Shown in pieces: positions 45,601 to 57,600 of a DNA stretch of 64,000 bases (position 1 is the first letter of the stretch; the number at the start of each line of letters is the position of its first letter). Origin of the DNA: Bugula neritina (taxonomy: Eukaryota > Animalia > Bryozoa); contig OZ037766.1 of the NCBI GenBank assembly GCA_964035545.1, positions 1,612,001 to 1,676,000 on the forward strand, given 5' to 3'. A model generated the notes under the pieces. The model searched no databases, was not told where the DNA came from, and saw only the letters and a program-made list of their open reading frames with translations. Position numbers and translations under genes: made by a program.

Positions 45601-48600
45601 ACTATCAACATTGATATTCATGGAATAGTGAATGAAGAGCCCTCTTGCTGAGAGCTGGTGTAAACACCTTACTGTTAGCAACCTGCACACTCTAATATAA
45701 TTATTATCTAATATACACACACCATTCTACCCCATATACACACAATTATGTGATATATATATACGCAATTATATAATATACACATATAATTATATAACAT
45801 ATACACACTAATGTAGTGGTATGATTATAAGTTGACTGCAGCTAATGTAGGTTACTCTTTGCAAGACTGCTCTAAGCTACTCAGTTTTGAAATGGGTTTC
45901 ATGTAAATTTAATAAACTGCTTTACACAATCTCTCCCTGAGCTGATAATTATGCAGAAACAAACTTGCTCAAACACAAATAGTCTGCACCAGAACTGAAT
46001 GCAGGTCTTTGTGTGTGTTGTTGGCGACACAAAGGGTTTGTTTTGATGTCAGCATTCAGTGGCAGCGATCTTGCTCGGTCAGCTTGCACATTTGACCCTT
46101 GCAAGCAGAGCTCTGGTGAAATAGGTCAGATAATTTAAACCGAACAACAGCATTTCTTGCTCTAAAACTGCTTTAAACTTGTAAAGTTTACAACCCTTGG
46201 CATGTTTTGTTTTTATTTTGGTCAGCAGTTCTGAATGTAAACATTTACAGATTGGTAAAACATGTTCAGCCTGTAGCCTCTGGTCCATCTACTGCTCACA
46301 TACTCAGGTGGAGCTTATGGTTGTCCACCCTGTATTTTAGCAAAAACTGAACTATCGTAATCCCATGAGCTAAGGCTATAATTTTCTCCTATGATTGTAA
46401 AAGGTCGGGTTTTTAAATTGTGCATTTTGTTAGTGTATAAAATGAATCCTAAGAGCTAGCGTCATTACTCTTCTAAATCAAGGTCAAACTAAAGCACAAA
46501 GGTCAAGGTAGCAGACGGTATTTGGTGAAGTATTCATACAATATATTTCCACCTACTGCTTGCTTCTAGTTATTTTCATTCTGTATCAACCTTGTTCTGT
46601 TGTAGATATATTTTCCAAGCTCTATACACGCTGGAGCTGATATTTAAAGTTGTATCTAGAGGTTTTGTCCTCAACAAGTATTCCTATCTTAGAGATGGCT
46701 GGAACTGGCTAGACTTTGGCGTAGTCATCCTAGCCTATGTAACTATTTTACTGGAAGTTACGGGCGAGGGATCGGTCTCCCTCAATGGTATCAAGGGTTT
46801 TAGGGTGCTACGGTCTCTCAAAAGTATTTCTGTTGTGCCAGGTAATTACAAAGAAGTTACAGTCTTTTACTTATAAAGTCTTGGGTAGTTGAAATATTTA
46901 TGAATTGGTGAATGACTGAGTGAGTGAATAAGTAAGTAAGTGAATAAGTGAGTGAGTGAGTGAGTAAGTGAGTGAGTGAGTGAATGAATAAGTGAGTGAG
47001 TGACTCAGTGAGTGAGTGAGTGAGCGAATGAATAAGTAAGTGAGTGAATGATTGAGTGACTCAGTGAGTGAGTAAGTGAGTGAGGGACTGAGTGAGTGAG
47101 TGGATGACTAAGTGTGTGAGGCTGAGTAAAATAGTCAATGAGTGTGACTGAGTAACTCAACGATTAACAAGTAAAATCTCACTATTCGAAACCAGGCCTA
47201 ACCTAATTATTTTGACTGTTGTCTGGCTAGATAATTTATGAGATATTTAAATTAAAATGGTCACTATTGTTTCAAAATGAAAAAGTTCTTCAAATGATGA
47301 AATTCATCTTTTTTGGAAGACTTTGTTATAAAATTAGAATAAAAGTGGTACAGTTTTAAAAAAATTGACTCAAACCCAAGTTCAGAGTAATAACTATTGC
47401 AAAAGAACTTAAATTTCCAACTCAAACCCAATAAAAATTAAAGATATTAGGCTATTAATATTTTTCATTGCTGAACCTAAATGAGATGAAATTGAGTATA
47501 AAACCAGTTGATGCAATGAAGAGTTGTCTTGCCATGTGCTGTTGCTTTGTTACAGGTCTGAGGACCATAGTGAACGCTTTGCTCAATTCTATGAAAATGT
47601 TGGCAGAGGTTTTGATACTGACTCTGTTTTGTCTGGCTGTGTTTGCTTTGCTGGCGTTACAGCTGTACATGGGTGCTTTACGGCACAAATGTGTTGTGGA
47701 CCTCCCGGTAAGTTATTAGACAATGTTACTCTGTCACCTCTAAATAGCTATTCCATTTGTTCTCACATTTTATGGCCACTATTTTATTAACTATTTTAAG
47801 TAGTCACTCTAATTGTGGAATGATATTTGTGGGAAAGTTTGAAACTAGCTTTTTCAATCAGTTGAAGATGTGGGTTTGTACATAGAGAGGCGTGTCATTC
47901 GCATGTAAATGTTCTCAGAATGGATAATGTGTAACACCAGGCACTAAGAGAGCAATATACTTGTATTTAATAGAACTTGTTAATATAATAATGAACATAA
48001 CATAGTACATGTTGTACTTGTGCAATATGTTATATTGCTGACATCTTAACCATTTATTAATAGTAGATTATTAATTCCAGGTCTCAGCAGTTTCTTGTAA
48101 CTACTACTGTATTATAAGCTCTAAGCTAGTCTAACATGTGTACTGTCTCACCTTTCTCCAAGGTTACCAAATTCAAACCCACATATCTTCATTTGCAGCT
48201 AAAACACTTAAAATGACTTGAATTTACCCATGACAACTTGGAATAGATATTTAAGTTATTTTTAACATAACTTAATTTTGAAATTCAAGTCTCATATATG
48301 CCAGAAAAGATATTTCTGAAAATACTGTTTCTGGATTAGAGACGTCTGCTGTACATTTATGTTTCTCATTGCAGACGACATACAACTTCTGCAACGCCAC
48401 TGTAAATGGAACCGGTGACTGCTTTGCGGATGACGAGAACTTCAAACTCTGGTACTACGAGCAGGAAGAGTTCTATCAGACCGACGAGGAGGGGGCGTTT
48501 ACGCTGTGTGGCACCATAGCAGGCTCACAGTAGGTTCTCAGTCTATGCAGGAGTGTAGAAAGGGGGGAGAGGGGGTTAATGTAGCAAACTTGCAGTTGGT

Positions 48601-51600
48601 TCTTAGTTTAAGAAAGGCTATGTAGTTTGACAGACTTAGTTTTTAGTTTATAATCACTTTGATTGAAGACTTGTGTTGGTATCTACACTATAAAGCTAAA
48701 ACACAGACCTCATTATCTTTCAGGGGGTGTGAGCCAGGCTATAGTTGTGTGGACGCCGGACCCAACCCTAACTGGGGCTTCACGCACTTTGACAACTTCC
48801 CCTGGGCTATGTTGAACGCCTTTCAGCTGATCACTCTGGACTTCTGGGAAGACACTTATAATGGCGTAAGTACTGTACTTTTATTCATAAAATCTGTCCA
48901 ATCACAGTGTAGAAGACAATGTAGGTCATGAGATCATATTTCCATCTGTAGATCATTGCCACCAACGGCCCGTGGAACATGCTCTTCTTTCTGGTGGTCG
49001 TGCTACTCGGCTCATTCTACCTCGTCAACTTGATGCTTGCCGTCGTTGCCATGGCCTACGAACAGGAAGCAGACGTTGAAGCTAAGGTAACACCTGGATG
49101 TTGTAGCATTATCTTAAGAAATACCTATGCCACATTCTTATGAGTGGAAGTTGATATTCAGGGGGTTTATTAATTGCTATTACTGGTGTTGTCAGCAGTT
49201 GCATGCCTTAGGTGTACGTAACATTGTAACTTACAGACTGGCGATGTCAGCATATGGGTGTATTTACACCACTATGTGTGTACTTACATGTTTACATCAT
49301 AGTCAGCACTCACACCAGTTCACCCTCGTTATTGCTTTAATTACACAAATAATTATTTCCATTTAGGAAAGACAGGTATGCGTTTTCTTGCAGGCATGGT
49401 TCCCGTTTCCTTTTTATATTCTCTTAGCTTGTCAGGTTGTGTTACTATATTACTGTAGACTATTTTATATCATATATAATATATATCTATACATATTATA
49501 TATATTTTATATATTATGTAATAAAATAACATTTCTAAGTTCAATAACTAATAATACACTCCAATTAGTCAGGTTATATCAAGCAATATACCTACTGGAG
49601 ACGTGCCAACTCTAGGCTAATTACAAATAATAATAACATATAAAATATGTGTAATACTAAATATTCACACATTCCTTTGTTACTCCTCAACTGTAACTCA
49701 TAACTAAGTTGTGTTCTAATGCAACCAATGCTTTGATTTGTCCACCTTTTTAGAGTTATGTTCCTTGCCATGATTCACTTGTTTGAGCATCCATGTTAGG
49801 GTGTGATGTATTTATTGAACAGGAATTAATGTTATTTATTTCAAACATCAAAGTAAAATTTTAATCAAATCATTTTTAACAATTTAATGTCTTTGAACAG
49901 AAAGAGTGTGATTTCCTCACTGAATAATAACTGCAAAAAATCATTTTCTTAAATTTTGTCTCCTTGATAATGGTTCAAATTAAAAGGCTGACAGTAAATG
50001 ATTAACACTACGTTACCTAAAAGGAATTTCATTATTGAAGTGTAGTGCCTCTCAAGTATAATAAACACTGAACAAAAATCAATAGGGATTTGTGTCCCCC
50101 TGTGACCCAAATCCGAAACCAGCTTACGAATGCAGCAGTGTGAATTAAACCTTGGTTCTAGTTAGATTATAAAATGTTTTGTTAAGCTAGATTATTTACC
50201 TCGGTACTGTACCATAGCACAAACCTCCTGGGGTGGGGTAAATGTCGTATACCCTTAGATTGGTGGCATTCTTAGTCACTAAACAATTGGACTTGAATTT
50301 CAAAGAAGCTCCCTCATCTGGCTAATAAATTTGTGTTATTTTATTCAAAATGTTTGACAATACAAAGTTGCATACGTCTTTTCCTTTAAATAACATGCTG
50401 TTGGGGTTACAGGTAATTAGTATTTAGTGGTAAAAATATTGAGAAAAAACTGCTAGTTGTATGTGAAGCATGTGTTTAATTATGCAGTCTGCTTTAAAAT
50501 CTCAAACAAAATATATATAAATAACTTATTTATACATAAAACTATTTACTCTACCCCTATAGTGCCTGTACTAGCACAATATCCTTGAAAAGTGGGTGTG
50601 GTTAAATTTCATCACTTCCTGCCACTCCTCTAGCTTGTGCCTAGTACTTTGTTATGGAGCATGCAATATAGTTCTATAGGTCGACTTGTTTAAACAATTG
50701 TATATATATGTATGTTACGTTTGTAAGATTTGTCTTCTCGTGTGGTGAAATAAACTTGATGTCTTCAATTGCACTATTTTATCTTCTCATAGCTTGCTGC
50801 GGAAGAGGAAGAGGTAAAATTGCTACTGCTATCTATCTTGCACATAAATCTCGTTGACTTGACAAATTTCAGTTGAATTGGCGCAGGTTTTAGCGTTGCT
50901 TGGCTAACACTTGTATTGATTATTTGTGTTTTTGCAGTTAACAGATTTGAATAAGAATTTGCAATGTCAGATATTTTGACCTTTTGAAATGTTGATTCTT
51001 TGTTCAATATGGCGGAAAATATTATAAATTAATCATGTGAGAAATTTGTCAAGTCAACTGAAATTTTGTACAAATACTATTATGCATTCTGTAGTTTGCT
51101 GCTGTTTTTGTTATGAATGGAATAGAGCTATTCATTCCTAGCTTCTTGTGTACATTGCTTATAATTAGCATGCACATACGGCTGCTACTATTGGTTGATT
51201 TTACCTAATAAATGTTTTGATTGGTTACCTCACTGATGATCCTAATCACCAAGCTATTGTGTGCTGACACCGTAATCTAGATATTTGTGCTGCTTCTAAT
51301 AAGCAGCAGTAAATTGTAAATTAAAATGCGAAGAAATTTTGTCGTTTTAGTTTGATTTGTAAATGTCCTTAGGCAATAGTGCTGCTACTACTGTCCTTAG
51401 GCAATAGTAATGCTACCCTCAGCTGTCTAGTTCTTTCTCATCATTGTTGTAAACTTTCTGTGATATGTGATTGATACTTACTGTAGATATTGAAGGCAAA
51501 CAAGTGCAGCATGACGTGAAATGTCTCAGCTAATATTAGCATGGGCCAGTTATAAATTACCTTTAATTGCATCATAGTGGTTTGTAATTGCAAGTTTCCC

Positions 51601-54600
51601 TTCTTACTTTTCAATGTTCATGTTTATAGACAACTTTTACGCCTGCGTTTCTTATTTGTAGGAGGAAAGAGCGAAGGCCAAGAGGAAAGAAAACACGGCC
51701 ATGCTGTTTGACCCAAAGAAATTGAAAATGCAGCTGTTGCAGAAGCAGCGGGAAGAAGATGCAGCCAAAGCGATGAGCAACGGCGACAGCATTCCAACAG
51801 ACAACAGTCACCCTAGCAGTAACGGTGAGACGGACTGCTTAGTACCAGCTATCAGTATCTTAGAGTTATTAGACTAATTTATGGAGTTATCCGCTCAAAG
51901 TGATTGCTAGTTGTGATGAGTCATTATTTAGTAGCTACCTGTTTACAAACTTCTAGAATAGTCTTGGTTCTACTTCAACTTTCCTGTGTTTAAGGCATGT
52001 CCAATGGAGGCCCCGGAGTTATTGTTCCAGTAAAGACTGAGAATCTAAAGAATCCACGGCCTGTCACAGCGTCCGGCCAGTTTATTAAAACTGGAGCTCC
52101 CGGAACTCCTGAACGAGCAAACCGGAAGGATTTCATCGAAGTGACCGAGTTGAATGAGATCGAGCGGGGCCACACCCCGTCCCCTACCAAGACACAGGGT
52201 AGCGAGGTAGGTTTCTTGGCATTAGCTATGCAAGACTGATATTAACTCGTTGTGTCTATAAGCAAGTATCTATCCTTAGACCAGACACCAATCATGTTTC
52301 CTAACAGCTGCCATATTCACAGCACAAATACTTATGAGCACCAAGTTGATAAAACACTCTTTAAAAGAGCTTATTAAACTGATGACTCATCACTGACCAG
52401 GTGACAGCCTCCGGAGTGAACGCCGAGCTAAGGAGTCCGAGTACGACCAAAGTTGATCACGTGATGAGTATGGACGAGGAAGACGAAGACGAAGACGCAT
52501 TCCATGACGATCTGCCAGACCTCAAACCTAAGCAGCAGAGATATCTCATACAGAAGTACGCCATGCTCTGGTTCAACAAGATCCGACCAGGTAAACTGAG
52601 CTCTCATTTCTATTATTATGATTATATATTTCCAGTTTTGATTTGTAATATTTTTTTATTCTCTGCTGATACATCTCTGCTCTCATTTTAAGAAGTAGAG
52701 TTTCTAGTTTTGTTAATTTATAAATTGTTCTTCTTTTGCCACGGCTAGCTGGTATAGTATATTATTGTAAACCTTGTGCTGGTATATATCTTGTCTACAG
52801 TGTTTCCATTTATAAACTGATTTCTGTGTTTGTTACTTCTGAGTTACCCGTTTCCCTCAACTGATGTCGATAAACTACTCTTCCTGTCTTCATTTGTTCT
52901 GTAGTTCTCTGTATTTCTCTGTAGCTCTACTTTTCCTGTTGTCTGCCCCATGTCTGTCAGCTATATCTTATTTGATTGGTGGTTAATATGAAACATTACA
53001 TTCTATTGGTCATCAATGAAGCCATCATTTGCTATTGGTTACCTATTGAAAATGGCAGATGATCTAACAAAATGTTTTCAAATATAATAAAATTGTTTTT
53101 CTTACTTTATGGTGGTGTTGGCATATTTTTAGGGAACTTTTATTACTACTACCGCTCACTCTTACTATCACCACTACTACTACTAGTACTACTATTACTA
53201 CTAGTACTACTATTACTACTAGTACTACTATTACTACTACTGCTCACTCTTACTATCACCACTACTACTATTAGCAATTACTCATCTTAACGATGAAAAG
53301 AAAACATGAATGTCTGTGAACTCGAATAGATTATTCTAGCAATGTGTAAACCTGTAACTAAATTGTCTAGTTTTACAGATACACACTATACTGTGTAGTA
53401 AGTTGTGTTGTGGAATCGTTTTCAGACAAGGAGAGGTTGATTGACCGAAACTGCTTGTGCTGCGCCAAAAGCGGCTTCAGCATTTACCACGGTTGGGTGA
53501 AGTTTCAGAATCAAGTGTTCAAAGTGGCAAACAGTGGCTTCTTTGAGCTCTTCATTACTCTATGCATCATATGTAACACACTGCTCATGGCTACAGGTGA
53601 GACCTCAATGTAACTGTGTGTTTAGTATATTATATTACTGTATTATATTACTGTATAGTATAGTATATTACTGTATAGTATATTATATTACTGTATAGTA
53701 TAGTATATTACTGTATAGTATACTATATTACTGTATAGTATATTATATTACTGTACAGTATACTACATTACTGTATAGTATATTATATTACTGTATAGTA
53801 TATTATATAATGTATAGTGTATTACTATACGCTGCCTTGTAGAACTATACGACTTGTGTGAGCAGTGCCGACACTGCCCCGGGTACTTCCCGCCACCGGC
53901 TGACCCTGACCCCAATGTGCAGTACACTATATACGGCTCTGACCTGGCTGACTGCGGAATCTGTGCTGACCGGTGTGACAACAAGGACATCACCGTCTAC
54001 TCCAATGGCAAGGGCATGTCGGACAGTCACGTCAACGCTCTGGAGATCTCCAACGTGGTGAGTAGCTGATATTTTGCTGACGTCTGCAAAGTCTATGTTT
54101 CTTTTTGATCATCTGTTTCTGATTTTATTGGTTAGTGAATTTTATTGATATTTTACAAATTATAAGATTTTAATATTGAGTTTTTTGGATATACCGATGT
54201 TTGCAATTGCTTTAATTGTAATTGTAAATATGTTGATTTTTATAATTGCCTTCATTTACGTAAAGCTGCAGGGTTTGACTGTAGTCTTTTATATTTCTGT
54301 AGGTGTTCACTGTAGTGTTTCTGGTAGAAGCAGTGATAAAGTTAACAGCGTTGAGTAAAGACTATTTCTCTGTGGGTTGGAACAACTTTGACTTCTTCAT
54401 TGTCATTCTGAGTCTTCCCGACCTAGCCATTTATATTGGTCAGTTTGGAGATGTGGCGGGGGTGTCCGATATCGCCGGAGTGGTGAAGGTTTTTAGATTG
54501 GTGAGTGTTCTCTCCATGTAACTATAGTGTTGGTGTATTGTAAGTATAGTGTAAGTGTAGTGTAAGTGAATATATGTGAATACAGGATGTTGATATGTGA

Positions 54601-57600
54601 ATACAGAATGGTTGTTAATGTTTCAGATGAGAATAGTGAAGCTAGCTCAGTCGTGGAACACCATGAAGACGTTGCTAGGAATCATCTTCCAGACGATGGG
54701 GGCCCTCGTCAACCTGGTCATCATCCTCGCTCTCATCATCTTCATATTTGCTGTCCTCGGCAATCAGCTACTCGGAGTATCTTACGGGAAGTACGAGGAC
54801 ATCATAGCTAACCCCGAACTAGCAGACTATGGGGGAGAGTTACCCAGGTACCAAACCTTTTTCAACGTAAAATACTTTTTAATTTTTTTTAAAAAACTCT
54901 ATTTGCTTACGTACTTGAGAAAAGTAGCGTTTAAACATGATTGTCTAAAATTGGAATTGTCCACTTTTGTCATAGATGCCATATTGATACTTTTCCGAAT
55001 AAGGGGGTTTCTGGAGTTTTGTTAAATCTGAGAAGCTATGTTTTCATTGCTTTTTGCTTAGTTTTTTTCAAATTTCTAAAAATTTGTTAAACTTGTATTT
55101 TAAAATAAAAGCTAGAACTAAAAACATCATTCCCCATCAGTTATATGTACAAATTAGGCATACATATAATATATATGTATATAGTTGAACTTTGTACACA
55201 TAATTATGGGAGTTATGCCCACATGTATGTTTGGTGTTTATCTCTTCAGGTGGCATTTCTTCACATTTTTTCACTCACTGCTGATGGTATTCCGTATACT
55301 CTGTGGTGAGTGGATTGAACCGTTATGGGATTGTATGAGGGTCATCCACCCACTCGGCTGTGTATCATTCTTCTTCGGTACACTGATACTTGGCAACTTT
55401 ATGGTGAGTCATTACATAGTTAGTACACTGATACTCGGCAACTTTATGGTGAGTCATTACATAGTTAGTACACTGATACTCGGCAACTTTATGGTGAGTC
55501 ATTACATAGTTAGTACACTGATACTCGGCAACTTTATGGTGAGTCATTACATAGTTAGTACACTGATACTTGGCAACTTTATGGTGAGTCATTACATAGT
55601 TAGTACACTGATACTTGGCAACTTTATGGTGAGTCATTACATAGTTAGCAGCGTACTAGCTGACCTAATGACACAGTATGACTCATGTGATATAATGACA
55701 CAGTCTGACACATACTGACATTATGACATTGACACTCTGTGACACCCTAGCTGACACAAGTTATTATATCAACATCTTAAGGCAGTTTTTGATTTGTATT
55801 GTAGATATTCAACCTGTTCCTTGCTCTCCTGCTCAATGCATTCACTGCAGACAATCTCGAGCAGAACAAGTCCACAGAAGAGTCTAGAATGGTTGCCAGC
55901 ATCAAATGGCTTTTCACTCTTTGTCGAAAAGATCATAAATCTGTAAGTTGTTTCCCCATTTAATTTTCTTCACATTTCAGAATTTGAATGTATTACTTAC
56001 CCAGGTTTCTTTACATTCAATTTTGTAAGCTTTAGCCCAAACTTTCAACATGACTGGTAAATTGACAGTGACATATGATTGTAAGTACAAGTTATCTTTA
56101 ACATACCTGTACAGATATGTGCAGGTGTTTACAGGTAAGCACAAGTGTGTACAGGTATGTGCAAGTATGCACAGGTGTGTGCAGGTATGTGTAGGTGTGT
56201 GCAGGTGTGTACAGGTGTTTGCAGGTGTGTACAGGTGTGTGCAGATGTGTGCAGGTGTGTGCAGGTGTTTACAGGTATGTGCAGGTGTGTGCAGGTGTTT
56301 ACAGGTGTGTACAGGTATATGCAGGTGTGTACAGGTGTTTACAGGTATGTGCAGGTGTGTGCAGGTGTTTACAGGTGTGTACAGGTATATGCAGGTGTGT
56401 ACAGGTAAGCACAGGTGTGTACAGGTATGTGCAGGTATGCACAGGTGTGTGCAGGTGTGAACAGGTGTGTGTAGGTATGTGCAGGTGTGTGCAGGTGTGT
56501 GGTGGTGTAGTATACATCACCAACTCATAGAATATTTAGTATCAGAACTAATAGTAATATGATTGTCACGTGAGCATACTTTACTATATTAAGTTATACC
56601 AAGGCTATGCTGTTTATAGGGACGGGCTGTGACCCCAACCAGTGAGAACATGACAGCCAGCCTAGTTAGTCTCAACAGTGGACCTCGCACTAGACTCGAC
56701 AGCATTCTCAACAGAGAGCGTAAGCCCAGCATAGAGATCAATGGTAGCAGGTGTAGCTTGAAGGCCGTCATCGATTCTACCCAACCCACAACTCCCAATG
56801 CTAATGGAGGCATCGGATTAAAGCCTGCAGGTAAATTAGCACATCAGTCTACCTGCATACTACTTTACCAAGCTGAGCCCCGTCTTCTTTCCTGGTTTAA
56901 CGCATGCCTTAGGGTTTTGGACACAAGTATTGTGTGCGTGACATGTGGTGATGCGGTGTTACAGAAACCGTGAGCTGGGCCATGGAGATGGTGTATCTTT
57001 GTAAGTCCTTCTTGTAGACTGAGAGTTGTTAATAGCATTTCTTTAGTTGACCGGGCATGCGTAAAGGGCACCCCTACTAACTTCATCTGTTTGGTGTGGG
57101 TGTAGTTGACCCTGTGTATCCATGTTGTAGATGGTAAAGATGGTATTGAGTTGAAACCAGTTGCTAACGGTCACTCCAAAACTAGCAGAAGTGGTAGCAT
57201 CCTGTCTATTCTTTCTAACGGAACTAACATCAGCAACGGCGTGCTCAAGAATAAGTCAGTCAACATGTCTCCAGAGAACTTGAAGCAGATAGAGAACGCT
57301 TTCACTACCAACCGGGACGAGTACGCTGACCTAGAGGCAGCCATGGACTCTGCCAGCGCGCCTAAACTCACGCCCATGATAGTCGCAGAAGACACGACGT
57401 CTGACAAGAAAACGACGCTTTTTTCTCCCGATGAAACCCAAATAACTGACGACAGTGAGTGCACCTCTAGCCTTGGGCCCTCTAACTTGTGTTGTTTGTA
57501 GTGACTGCTTGTTCACAGAATCCACAGTCTATACTTTGCATGAGTCACTACTCTGTTTACTATAACATGTAGTTATAGATATATAGTTTAATATAGATGT

